27,147 nt of DNA from a virus, in UHGV virus genome UHGV-1347488. One strand, given 5' to 3'. Below are positions 1 through 9,536 of the stretch, piece by piece (the stretch's first letter is position 1; each line of letters opens with the position of its first letter). The notes under the pieces were generated by a model. The model was given only the letters and a program-made list of their open reading frames with translations, made no database searches and was not told the DNA's origin. A program made the translations under genes and the position numbers.

Positions 1-17
1 AGGAACGGCAAAATTTT

Positions 18-3000
18 TTACACTTCTATTACTTCTTTATCACACATAAGCAAACCATCCAGAAAGCTATTAATAGAACTGATTAACTCTGCATCCTGTG
101 ATGGATCGAGAGACTTCTTAAAGGTAGTGAGATTGCCGCTGATTTCTGATAGAGCACTCTCGGACTCCAAAATCCACGCATCATACTGCTTTTTGGCGTT
201 AGTCAGCATTGTATAATCGGCCTGATCCTGGTATCCGGTAGGATTCTTTTGCTCAATATCCGCAATTTGCTGTTCAATTTTCTCACGTTCTTCCAGATAA
301 CGGTTATAATCTGCCAACTGTTTTGTGGCGTTTTCCATCACTGTACCACGGCCACCAGACATAGTGCCGATATTCTGGTATCCTTCATAAATACTGCTCT
401 TATCAAGGTCAACACCCTCGTAAGAGCCATAATAGGATTCTGCGCCTAACGCTTTTAAAGCATCAGCACGAGACTGTTTTCCGGCAGTATCAGCTTTGAT
501 TTCTGCCAACTGAATGCTGCGTTCCAATTCTGCATTGGCATCTTTCAATTTCTGCAATTCTTCCTGTTCAATGAAAGACAGATGGTCTTTTGCTTCCAAT
601 TCATCAATGCGGCTATTGGTGGTTTTCAACTCATCATTTAAACTTTCAACCTCATTCTTTGCATCCTCATAAGCCTGTGCCGACTCCTCCGCTTTTTCTT
701 TCAGATTGTCGACATTGTGCGCCACATAATCATAAGCTTTGCCAATGGCCCAAATTCCGGCTGTAATAGCCGCTGTGATACCCATGTTAAGAGCCATATT
801 CAGCGCAACGGTTTCTAATTTCAATGCCATTGTTGCTGTCTTGCTCGCATTCAGTGAAGCAGTATAGCCCTTCATCGTAGCTTCGGCACCATTAAGGCCA
901 GAGAGATACGAACGCATATCGAAGTCATTTGTAAGCTGATTGATAGCTTTCTGATTTGCACACTGAGCTTTTACGAGGACATTGTAATTGCTGATGATAC
1001 TATCTGCATTGGCAATAGGCTGTACCACGTTCTTTGTAAATAGGCCGCCGAACTTTTCACCCTCGGCTGATGCCTGTCGCATTTCTTCCAGAGTCTTGCC
1101 TAAGAAGGTAATCTCCGAACCATTGTTATTGAATACCCCGATGGTCTTACCTCTTAAAGCACTTCCGGCTGTGATTGCTCCCATTGCGGTAGAGAGCACG
1201 CCCAGTTTGTCAATTACTTCTGACAGAACATTAAGGAATGCTGCACCGCCATCTGCTGCCCCTTTCAGGAACTCAGAATCTGCAAGCTGCATGGACAATT
1301 TCTCGTAGGCCGCAATCATGGAATTGATATGTGATTGAACTGTATCGGCATAGGCTTCAAATTTCTTTAATGCCTCATCACTAGAATTTTCAGAAATCTT
1401 TGTTAGCTTTTCAACCTTGTCCCAGTTAGATAGAACTATAGCTCCGGTGTTTGCCTGATATACGCCAAAAAGAGCCGAATTAATGGAGTTTCGCTCCACA
1501 TCATTTAATGTGTTGTATCGAGCTGCCAGTTCACGTAATACATCCGATAAATCACGATAGTCTGTCAGGTTTTCTCTTATCTTAATTCCAACTTTTCCGA
1601 GGGCCTTTTCAATATTGCTTAAATCGTCTCCAGATTCATAATCCACAAACTTTCCAACTTTAATTTGGCTATATCTAGCAACGATTGATTTAATGGCATT
1701 ACCTAACTGTTCGTCTCCAAGAGTAGGAGCAGTATCTTTCATGGCCGCAAGCATACCAAGTAATAAATCCACATTAATTCCGGCTTGCTTGGCGGAAGCT
1801 GCCGTTCTTGAAAGTGCTTCTGCAAGACCTCCCGCAGAGCTGGCCGAAGACATATCTACGTTTGACAAACGAGATAAAATGGACATAGTATCAGAAATAT
1901 CCATTTGATAGCCATTTAGAATTGCCATTAAATCTTCCGTAGCACTAGCTTCGTCCATCATACCAATTTTAGATAAGATCATGGAATCCTTAATCAAGGT
2001 ATTGGCTTCGCTGATACTCTTACCAGACCTTAACCAATCATCTGCTGCATTTGCCACAGATGTTGTTGTAGAACCTAAGTCCTGCGCCATCTGATTGTAT
2101 GTACCGATTAATGCCTTAGTCTGCTCTCTTGTTCCGCCAGTCGCAACCTGTAAGTTATACAAGGATGTATCAATATCCTTGGCGGTATTAACCATCTGTT
2201 TGAAAGTCTGGAAAGCCGCAGTCAGAGATACAACATTCGCAACAGCGGAATCAAAGGCGGATTTCATCTCCTGGACTGTCGCATTAGTGGTCAAGCCCAT
2301 CTGCTTTGCTTCACTCTGAATCTGCCTAAACTCGTTCTGCAATGCAGTAAACTTAACAGAATCAGCAGATTGCAAATCAGCTTTAATCTGTGCCAGACGT
2401 GATGAAAAGATTATTGCCGCATCGGTGTTCTTGTTCATCCAGGTATCGAGATTAGTTCCAAATAAAGACTTGTCTGCATTCAGCTTTGTATCTTTAGCAG
2501 CATTTTTCTGCTCAATAGACATCTGTTTGAACCGCTGCGTACAGGTATTAAGTGATTCTGTCAGCTGATTGTATAGCTTAATCTTGCCCTCCGGCTCATC
2601 AATGCTTCCAATCTGCTGTAGCTGCTGCCGCATGGTCTGGAATGCCTGCGCAACATCATCCGGCATATCAAACTTTGCACCTTTAAATTTGGACTCTAAA
2701 TAGTCGAGGTCAGCCGGAAGCTCACGGATATACTGATCCAATTTTTCAGCTGCATTGGAAGACCATTTCTTCGCAATCTCCGCATTGAAAGACTTAGCCT
2801 TTTCGATGGCCTGGTCATATTTTGCAATCATGGCATCCAGACTGCCCTTATCAGAGATATTTGAAAAATCAATGCTATCGACTAATGACTTGAAGGAGTT
2901 GTTGGTTGAATCACCGGATAAAAAAGATTTATAAGTGGATTTTAGACCTTCTAATTTTGACTGAAACTCTGCTGCTTTTGCAGATACCTCTGCAAACTCT

Positions 3001-4121
3001 TTGCCGGACTGGTCAATGACTTTACTGCCTGCATATACATACTGCCCCATATCATTCAGAGCAAAATTGTATTGCTGGATAATTCCTTTGCCCTTATCTA
3101 ACGTGGCACTAAATTTTGTAATTTCTTCATTACCATTTTCGTTGAACTGTAGCCTAATGTCTTTGTCAGTGATACCATCAAGCTGTGTAAAATACCCTTT
3201 GACCTGTGATGTCAGTTCTGAGATTGTCCCCTTACCGAAGGAAACATCAATATCCAATAGGGATTTCTTAATGTTCTGTGCTTCCGCTGATACATCACCG
3301 TTGATGGATTCCAATTGCGCTTTCAACTGGGTACGCATGACCGCCAAATCAGAATATAACTGGCTATACATATCATCTTCAAAGCCGATTTTATCCTTTA
3401 AATTAACCGGCTCCAACTTATCAATATCAGACTTATACAGCTTGATAGCATTCACAATTTCACGAAACTGCTGCGTAGGATCGGCAGTGCCAGAAAACAT
3501 ATCTTTAAATTTAGAAGACATTTCCTGATAAATACTATCTAACTGGATACCGCTTTTATTTGGATCGGTGATGAATTTGTCTGCGGATACCATCCGTAAA
3601 CTATTCCATTCTTTGCCAAGGTCTGATTTTACAATATCTGGGATTTTGATTCGATCAAGAGATTTGAAATAATTGAAGAAATTATCATAGATTCCAGTTC
3701 TGCTTTGGATTATCTGAGCATTCTTACTAATAACTTCGCCCATCTGAAAGATGTATTCAAGATACTTCGGATTTTCTTTTCCTGTTTGTAGCTCGCCAAT
3801 ACTCACGTTCTGGAGCATGTTGGTAAGGTTCTTAATTTGATTCTGTGCTTGCTTGTTCTTAATGTTGTACTGGTTGATGAGACTGTTTCCTAGTGCTTCA
3901 CCAATCTTCTTTCCAGAATCGGTAGCTGCTTTGGCCCCGGTCGTGCCGAGGTTCTTAATTGACTGTTGGATATTCTTATCCAGTTCGGCTTTCAATTTAA
4001 TCTTAGAGCCAGACGCTTCTATCCGCTTTTGTAGTTCTGCTATATCTTTTGCAATAGCCTTGACCGATTCCTTTAAATCGAGTCCGGCCGTTAGGCCAAT
4101 ATTAAAATCTGTATCTGCCAT
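18..4121 (-). CDS. Phage tail tape measure protein (TP901-family core region, C-terminal coiled coil)
   Basis: 1367-aa ORF with Ala/Gly/Ser-rich tape-measure core (…NLQVATGGTREQTKALIGTYNQMAQDLG…SRLSNVDMSSASSAGGLAEALSRTAASAKQAGINVDLLLGMLAAMKDT…), hydrophobic segment ALNMALNMGITAAITAGIWAIG and long coiled coils. ATG at 4121 with RBS GGAAAGGA 7 nt upstream. Confidence 0.9.
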   Translation of the reverse strand: MADTDFNIGLTAGLDLKESVKAIAKDIAELQKRIEASGSKIKLKAELDKNIQQSIKNLGTTGAKAATDSGKKIGEALGNSLINQYNIKNKQAQNQIKNLTNMLQNVSIGELQTGKENPKYLEYIFQMGEVISKNAQIIQSRTGIYDNFFNYFKSLDRIKIPDIVKSDLGKEWNSLRMVSADKFITDPNKSGIQLDSIYQEMSSKFKDMFSGTADPTQQFREIVNAIKLYKSDIDKLEPVNLKDKIGFEDDMYSQLYSDLAVMRTQLKAQLESINGDVSAEAQNIKKSLLDIDVSFGKGTISELTSQVKGYFTQLDGITDKDIRLQFNENGNEEITKFSATLDKGKGIIQQYNFALNDMGQYVYAGSKVIDQSGKEFAEVSAKAAEFQSKLEGLKSTYKSFLSGDSTNNSFKSLVDSIDFSNISDKGSLDAMIAKYDQAIEKAKSFNAEIAKKWSSNAAEKLDQYIRELPADLDYLESKFKGAKFDMPDDVAQAFQTMRQQLQQIGSIDEPEGKIKLYNQLTESLNTCTQRFKQMSIEQKNAAKDTKLNADKSLFGTNLDTWMNKNTDAAIIFSSRLAQIKADLQSADSVKFTALQNEFRQIQSEAKQMGLTTNATVQEMKSAFDSAVANVVSLTAAFQTFKQMVNTAKDIDTSLYNLQVATGGTREQTKALIGTYNQMAQDLGSTTTSVANAADDWLRSGKSISEANTLIKDSMILSKIGMMDEASATEDLMAILNGYQMDISDTMSILSRLSNVDMSSASSAGGLAEALSRTAASAKQAGINVDLLLGMLAAMKDTAPTLGDEQLGNAIKSIVARYSQIKVGKFVDYESGDDLSNIEKALGKVGIKIRENLTDYRDLSDVLRELAARYNTLNDVERNSINSALFGVYQANTGAIVLSNWDKVEKLTKISENSSDEALKKFEAYADTVQSHINSMIAAYEKLSMQLADSEFLKGAADGGAAFLNVLSEVIDKLGVLSTAMGAITAGSALRGKTIGVFNNNGSEITFLGKTLEEMRQASAEGEKFGGLFTKNVVQPIANADSIISNYNVLVKAQCANQKAINQLTNDFDMRSYLSGLNGAEATMKGYTASLNASKTATMALKLETVALNMALNMGITAAITAGIWAIGKAYDYVAHNVDNLKEKAEESAQAYEDAKNEVESLNDELKTTNSRIDELEAKDHLSFIEQEELQKLKDANAELERSIQLAEIKADTAGKQSRADALKALGAESYYGSYEGVDLDKSSIYEGYQNIGTMSGGRGTVMENATKQLADYNRYLEEREKIEQQIADIEQKNPTGYQDQADYTMLTNAKKQYDAWILESESALSEISGNLTTFKKSLDPSQDAELISSINSFLDGLLMCDKEVIEV

Positions 4122-4139
4122 TTAATCATCCTTTCCTTA

Positions 4140-4613
4140 TTAAAAGTAATTTATCTGCACATCTAATGGATTTTTTACCGACTGTCTATATGCTTCGATT
4201 GCCTTATCAACAAAATGCGTTGCTTCACGAAATCCGAAGTATGGCACATCCGCAAACTTGCCATGTGTCTGCCATCCCTCATTTAAGAGCAATGCCGTAT
4301 TAATAGACTTACCATCTAGGCCAGTATGCCATGCTCCATCACCGAAGCCGAGACGAACACTGACAAACATCTTTGTTCCTTTTACCTCTGTATACACTCT
4401 GCTGTCAGTTAATAGGGAATGCTGTAATGCAAAGGTTCTCTTATATAAAACAGGCATATAAGAAGCGTACACCACCCATAGTTGCTGAGAGATGCACGCT
4501 GCTAATATATCTGCATGGTGCCGAAGTTCCTGTTCAATCGTCTTGCCGTTGTCCAGTTTCATTTTGGATACATCCATACTTTTGAGGAGCTTCTTTAAGC
4601 TGTTTTTGTCCAT
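4140..4613 (-). CDS. Hypothetical protein immediately upstream of the tape measure gene (tail-assembly-chaperone position; no recognisable motif)
   Basis: 157-aa ORF, ATG with RBS AAGGGGAG 6 nt upstream; stop 18 nt before the TMP start. Lies in the -1 frame relative to the preceding ORF and overlaps it by 19 nt. Confidence 0.55.
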   Translation of the reverse strand: MDKNSLKKLLKSMDVSKMKLDNGKTIEQELRHHADILAACISQQLWVVYASYMPVLYKRTFALQHSLLTDSRVYTEVKGTKMFVSVRLGFGDGAWHTGLDGKSINTALLLNEGWQTHGKFADVPYFGFREATHFVDKAIEAYRQSVKNPLDVQINYF

Positions 4614-5140
4614 AGCTGCTCCCCTTCATGTGCCTTGTGCGGACCAAATAAAGCAAGATTGAGCGCATTTTTCTGAATTTCACTAAAAGTAGGATACTTT
4701 TCGCTGATCTTAGAAAGAGTTTCTATCAAATTATGAGAATTAGCAGCAAATGATATCTCAATACCCATTTTGCTTAACACCCAGTCAATATGTTCAAAAT
4801 CTTCTTTGGTGAGTGCACCCATAAGATTAAGAATAGGCATAGAATTAAATTTAGGAGATTCCGGTGCGCTCTTCCTTGAAGTTACTTTCTGCACCTTTCC
4901 ATCTGTGATATTTTTAAGAAGCTCCATTTGATGTAATGCCTCTGAATATTGCGCCATTGTAATCGAAGCATTCAAATTCCATTCATGGTATGAAACTTCT
5001 CCATTTACCATAGCCAAAATTGTTCGCAAATCCACAAGACTCAGCAATTTATCAAATTTATCTCCATCGGAATCTTGATTGTTTTCAGCCATCAATCTCA
5101 TTAAATCTGTGTAAGTATATTTTTTTTTTGTGTCTGCCAT
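4595..5140 (-). CDS. Hypothetical protein (possible tail assembly chaperone by position only)
   Basis: 181-aa ORF, ATG with RBS GGGGAGGA 9 nt upstream; 3' end overlaps the next ORF across an A-run (GACAAAAACAG). Confidence 0.55.
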   Translation of the reverse strand: MADTKKKYTYTDLMRLMAENNQDSDGDKFDKLLSLVDLRTILAMVNGEVSYHEWNLNASITMAQYSEALHQMELLKNITDGKVQKVTSRKSAPESPKFNSMPILNLMGALTKEDFEHIDWVLSKMGIEISFAANSHNLIETLSKISEKYPTFSEIQKNALNLALFGPHKAHEGEQLWTKTA

Positions 5141-5166
5141 ATTAGCAAGTCCTCCCCTTTTATGTT

Positions 5167-5334
5167 TTAATTAAATACAATGTTCTTATAATGTTTTCTA
5201 ATCTCGCTCAATGTGAGTTTAGACTTCGCCCTGCTGCCATCAGCGGAAACCAGATAAACGGTATTCCAAAGTGTAGCCAGGACGGTATACATCTTGTCTC
5301 CATCTGAGACGATTGTTCCATTTTTAAGATTCAT
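5167..5334 (-). CDS. Small hypothetical protein (55 aa), absent from the ORF track
   Basis: Translated by hand: MNLKNGTIVSDGDKMYTVLATLWNTVYLVSADGSRAKSKLTLSEIRKHYKNIVFN; ATG preceded by AAAGGAAAAA; fills the gap between the HTH gene and the 181-aa gene. Confidence 0.3.
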   Translation of the reverse strand: MNLKNGTIVSDGDKMYTVLATLWNTVYLVSADGSRAKSKLTLSEIRKHYKNIVFN

Positions 5335-5374
5335 ACAATTTTTCCTTTATTGGAATTGGTGGCGAAGTGCCGGA

Positions 5375-5563
5375 TTAATTTTTTGATTCGAAATATGCCG
5401 ATAATTTGGCAAAAGATTTTTTTCCTAAATTCATTTTGTTCCGCTTAAATCCAGACAGAACATCTTTATTGATACCAGTCACAGTACAAATATAGCTTGC
5501 CTTGACTGCCTGTAACTCATCATTTAATTTTGCTCGTAACTCTTCCTGGGTCAGTTTTATCAT
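5375..5563 (-). CDS. Small helix-turn-helix DNA-binding protein (Cro/XRE-like regulator)
   Basis: 62-aa ORF; HTH-like segment ICTVTGINKDVLSGFKRNK; paralogous to the 5742..5930 product. AAGGAG abuts the ATG (short spacer). Confidence 0.5.
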   Translation of the reverse strand: MIKLTQEELRAKLNDELQAVKASYICTVTGINKDVLSGFKRNKMNLGKKSFAKLSAYFESKN

Positions 5564-5717
5564 CTCCTTCTGTGTAAAATATCATAATTTTTTATGTTTA
5601 AAAAAATAAAAGTCGTAATCATACGCAATGCCCCGCCGCTGTTTGAGGACGGCGAGGTATCACATGGGGAAACAAAACGCATTACATCTAAACGCAACAC
5701 CTATTATTTATAATAAA

Positions 5718-5733
5718 ACACTTGCGCAAGTGT
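5718..5733. promoter_or_regulatory. Perfect 16-bp palindrome ACACTTGCGCAAGTGT (candidate operator, or stem of a minus-strand terminator)
   Basis: Read directly; sits 9 bp past the stop of the 5742..5930 HTH gene and about 155 bp upstream of the 5375..5563 HTH gene; followed on the minus strand by a T/A-rich tract. Confidence 0.4.
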
Positions 5734-5741
5734 AATATTAC

Positions 5742-5930
5742 CTATGGGATTATAACTTTTGATAAATACTCCTCAAGCCTGACTGCATCCTCTTCGCAGA
5801 GAAACAGTTTGCCAGTCTTAAAATTTGATAAAATGTACTGTGGAATTCCGGTCTTTTTTGAAATAGCTTTTGCAGCAAGACCATCATTCAGTACAGCTAT
5901 AAGATGATTTTTTAAATCAGTCTGATTCAT
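5742..5930 (-). CDS. Small helix-turn-helix DNA-binding protein (Cro/XRE-like regulator), paralog of 5375..5563
   Basis: 62-aa ORF; segment ISKKTGIPQYILSNFKTGK aligns with the other small HTH protein; ATG with RBS AAAGGAGAG. Confidence 0.55.
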   Translation of the reverse strand: MNQTDLKNHLIAVLNDGLAAKAISKKTGIPQYILSNFKTGKLFLCEEDAVRLEEYLSKVIIP

Positions 5931-5976
5931 GCTGCTCTCCTTTCCCGTATTTCACAATTATCTTTTAAAAAATTTT

Positions 5977-6001
5977 AGGAAGAGGAATCTCTGTCCTCTC
6001 C
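5977..6001 (-). terminator. Candidate intrinsic terminator downstream of the 999-aa gene
   Basis: Minus-strand imperfect hairpin GGGAGAGGACAGAGATTCCTCTTCC followed by TAAAATTTTTT. Confidence 0.3.
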
Positions 6002-6087
6002 CTATTCTATGTTGACGTTTTGTAATTTTTGCACTAAATAAGTCAATAATTACTGGCGTTTTTCTGTGCATATTTTACACTTCAAAA

Positions 6088-9087
6088 CTACGAAACTGAT
6101 GTTCGTTTCTTTCTGAGCGCATTTTCACGACTGCATGATTCAGAACAGGTTAACGCATTGCCCCACTTAATGTATGGCTTTTGACAGATGATACAATCGC
6201 AGACCTTCTTTTTACCATTATAACGGTAAAAGTACGGCAGCAGCTTCTTAGCCTTATATGGAATCTCGTAAGCAAGTGTTTTTTCTTCCGGCTGATATTC
6301 CAACTGAATTTCTATATAGTCTGCATTCTGCTCTGTACTGATAGCTCCTATTTTAGCCAATCGTGCAATGCCTTTCTTGGCAATCGTAACGTCACCTTCC
6401 AACATCTTATCAATGGCCCCATAAGTCAATGCAGATTTTTTGCCGGAATAAATCTTGATGTTTCCAAATCTCTTTGATAAAATCAATAGGACGAATAAAA
6501 GTTCTCGGTCGTTTTCGGCAGTCGATTTTTTATATGGCTGATTATCAATCCATCCTAATTCTTCCTTATAAATCTGCACCGATTTTTCATCAACTTTCAA
6601 AACGGCCTTTGTAGCACTGTCTGCTACCTTTTCCATCTTAATTACCTTTTCTGTGGTGTATCTGGCTCTCCGCCGCTTAACTTCACAGCCTTTATTCTTC
6701 CGAACTGTATCAGCAATTACATCCCCGAAGCAGTTCCAAAGGATATTTTTTCCTGACATGGCAGTTCCTTCATTGCGCTGCATATATTCATATTCCAAAA
6801 GATATTGTGTGGCTCTTCCCCTATCTGGAATAATCTGTAGAATTAATCTTTCGCACAACAGATAGAACACCTCGTATCGACTAATTTTTTCAGCGAAGCC
6901 ATCTGATTTTGTCTGATGTTCAAGTTCTTTCTGAATGTACTGTTCAAGTTGTTTGGCCCTGGCTTTTAAATCGAACATCAGCTTTTCCAACTGACCGTAT
7001 ACGGCATCTTTAACATTTATGGTCATAGACTGGTCAAACAAGATTGATGGGTCAAATTTTTTGCCGTCCTTATTATATGACTTGTTTCCAGTCTGCTTAT
7101 GGATATACTGGCAAATACGGTCACAGATGCTATCACTTGGTGCTGCACAGTTTTCTTTCTTCTTACCTTTTGCATAGATAAAGAAGTAAGGCGGCTTCTT
7201 TGCTTTCAGTTCCAGATACTTTGCTTCGTACTCTCCCAGAGACACATTTTTCTGGCTCTTCGGAAAATCAATAGTCAGATTGTTGTAGCAGCACATAACG
7301 GCATTGAAGTCATCGTCAATTTCCTTGCTGTTATAATTCTTGGTCATGACGTTGGAAATATCACCAATGTTTGAATTGTTCATGCTTGCCACCAGTGCCG
7401 TATAAATTGCATCCGGTGTAACTGGCGTTTTCTCCGCTGAAAAAGATGTATAATATAAGGTATGTTTATCATCGGGGACACAATCCATCATGGCCTGATT
7501 CGGGGTCAGAAGAATCTCATCCCCATCAACATCAAACTGTAAGACCCGGCATAACAGATCATGACCGCTTACTACGGTATCCAAATCATTAAACCATTCT
7601 TTGCATCTTTCAAGGTCAACACCTTTTACCAGATTGCGAATTCCATGCTCCATATACAGGTGAGGACTTCGCAGACAGTCAACCTTTTCATACGGCTTAT
7701 CATTGAAGAAACTGTTATATACATGATTACGTGGAATCAAACCTTTTGGATTCTCAATGCCACAGAACAACCACTCACAGAAGGCATATAAATCAGGGCA
7801 AATATAGCTATACAGTGAATCCGGCAGAATCAGCTTGCATCCTCGGGCATCGGTGCGTTCGGATTTAAACTTGTTCTGTAGTTGATACTGAACATATTTA
7901 TCTCTCAACATATTTTCTGGATCAGCTTCGACCGCTTCCGCTAAATCACTGTCACCCAAAAGCTTCACGATTTTATCTGGATTCTGTTTCAGGTCTGCCA
8001 GATAATCAATGGTCGGCTTGCATAACTCTTCCATCTTCTCATCAGTGAACTTTTGACTGTCTAAAGTCTGCAAAAACTGATAACTGGTTTTAGCGTAACC
8101 TTTCGGTTCTGTGTCCGCAAATTTATTGATTGCAATTCTCATGCCGTTTGCTTTGAATGCGGCCTTGTACTCTTCCCATGATTTATAGTAGGCGTGCATT
8201 TTTAACTGTGAAGCAGTCAGAATAACTTGAATGTCCTCTGCAATAACATCATGCTCATTTCCCCACGCATCCTTAATAATTGGACTCGGTTTTACTCCTT
8301 CTACGGATGGCTGTGCAAGAAACTTGCGGAAATCAAATGGGAAAATACAGCCTTTCATATGTGCGCATCTGATTTGTGCCGATGCAGGAAGGACACCAGG
8401 CAGAAACATTCCGGCTCCATCAGTTTGAGGAATCTTTATATGTTCCGTCCTTACCTCAATGCCAGTGATAGTTTCATCATCGTGGTCAATGCACTTAACC
8501 TCTTCATCCAGATAGGTTTCAAAGTCACCTACCACAAGGCACTTATCAATATTCAATTCGTAATTGGTGGGAATAAATGATGTTGATAGCGGTAGTCCCT
8601 TATATGCAAGATACTTACCAGTATTACAACCGCCATTAGAGTTAATGAGTTCGTTTGTCAGACCGCACATGAATTGTTTTTCATGCTGTCGGTAAAAATC
8701 CTCTTTGATTAGGATAATCTCACCACGCTTCATCTGATTTGTGGTTGAACTATAAAAGATGTAATGTGTGCCGTCAATGTCTACGCCATTCTGTAGAATC
8801 TGTTTCAGAATCGTATTCTGCTGTGCCACTTTTAGATAAATAATCTCGGTCAACACTGGCGTTCCATCCATAGAATCTGTAGTGTATCGTCCCATCTCGC
8901 TCTCAAAGAGTGCAATCTGATTGTCGGTGCGCTCTTCATCGTTTAGAGATAATGCCGATTTGTAAATCTGCCGGACACCTGTGAAAGATTCTATTAGATT
9001 GTCTCGCTGTTTTTTCAGATACAGCTTGGTGTTTGCTTTTGTGGATTCCTTGTATGCTTTGTGTGCGTTCCGCTCCTCATCGGTCAA
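6088..9087 (-). CDS. Large polymerase-like protein with DxDGD motif; candidate YonO-like single-subunit two-barrel RNA polymerase (C-terminal Cys cluster)
   Basis: 999-aa ORF containing FDVDGDEILLTP, which resembles the metal-binding NADFDGD loop of RNAP beta-prime, YonO and cellular RdRPs; C-terminal CDCIICQ…CSESC. Listed start is TTG with no clear RBS, so the true start is uncertain. Confidence 0.5.
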   Translation of the reverse strand: MTDEERNAHKAYKESTKANTKLYLKKQRDNLIESFTGVRQIYKSALSLNDEERTDNQIALFESEMGRYTTDSMDGTPVLTEIIYLKVAQQNTILKQILQNGVDIDGTHYIFYSSTTNQMKRGEIILIKEDFYRQHEKQFMCGLTNELINSNGGCNTGKYLAYKGLPLSTSFIPTNYELNIDKCLVVGDFETYLDEEVKCIDHDDETITGIEVRTEHIKIPQTDGAGMFLPGVLPASAQIRCAHMKGCIFPFDFRKFLAQPSVEGVKPSPIIKDAWGNEHDVIAEDIQVILTASQLKMHAYYKSWEEYKAAFKANGMRIAINKFADTEPKGYAKTSYQFLQTLDSQKFTDEKMEELCKPTIDYLADLKQNPDKIVKLLGDSDLAEAVEADPENMLRDKYVQYQLQNKFKSERTDARGCKLILPDSLYSYICPDLYAFCEWLFCGIENPKGLIPRNHVYNSFFNDKPYEKVDCLRSPHLYMEHGIRNLVKGVDLERCKEWFNDLDTVVSGHDLLCRVLQFDVDGDEILLTPNQAMMDCVPDDKHTLYYTSFSAEKTPVTPDAIYTALVASMNNSNIGDISNVMTKNYNSKEIDDDFNAVMCCYNNLTIDFPKSQKNVSLGEYEAKYLELKAKKPPYFFIYAKGKKKENCAAPSDSICDRICQYIHKQTGNKSYNKDGKKFDPSILFDQSMTINVKDAVYGQLEKLMFDLKARAKQLEQYIQKELEHQTKSDGFAEKISRYEVFYLLCERLILQIIPDRGRATQYLLEYEYMQRNEGTAMSGKNILWNCFGDVIADTVRKNKGCEVKRRRARYTTEKVIKMEKVADSATKAVLKVDEKSVQIYKEELGWIDNQPYKKSTAENDRELLFVLLILSKRFGNIKIYSGKKSALTYGAIDKMLEGDVTIAKKGIARLAKIGAISTEQNADYIEIQLEYQPEEKTLAYEIPYKAKKLLPYFYRYNGKKKVCDCIICQKPYIKWGNALTCSESCSRENALRKKRTSVS

Positions 9088-9325
9088 AGCATCAAAGGTA
9101 CTAAGTTTGTAAATTCTGATCCGTCTTGGTTTAAACTCCTTGTTAATAGTAACACGCTCCTTATCTATATAAATTTATTTATACTTTCTCCAAACATGTT
9201 GCAATTTGGAACTGATGAAATTAACTTTTCAAATTTAATTTTGCATGTATATTGTATTTTTCTTAGTTACATCTTGATTCGTCAATGTTTTTATGTTAAC
9301 ATAACAAAAAAATGGAGGTGAAGAC

Positions 9326-9532
9326 ATGTCCAAACTTTCCACTAAAATGCCCGATGGACGTATGATTTATGGTGCAGCCGCTCAACAGCATATCATCAAA
9401 GAAAACGGCGGCTGGGATGAACATCATCGGAAATTCGCTGAACGCGTAATCGACACAGTTATGAAAGAATTTACAAAAGAAAATTCTAAACGAAAATTTT
9501 CTGTTGTCGATGGGAAACGCAATGTCGGTTAA
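9326..9532 (+). CDS. Small hypothetical protein (68 aa), the only convincing plus-strand gene in the left half
   Basis: ATG preceded by GGAGGTG at 7 nt; immediately followed by a hairpin and T-tract. Confidence 0.6.
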   Translation: MSKLSTKMPDGRMIYGAAAQQHIIKENGGWDEHHRKFAERVIDTVMKEFTKENSKRKFSVVDGKRNVG

Positions 9533-9536
9533 TAGC

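Noticed and set aside
6091-6105. LexA/Cheo-box-like CGAAACTGATGTTCG
   Set aside because: The spacer is 5 rather than 4 nt, and it lies inside the 3' end of the 999-aa coding region rather than in a promoter.
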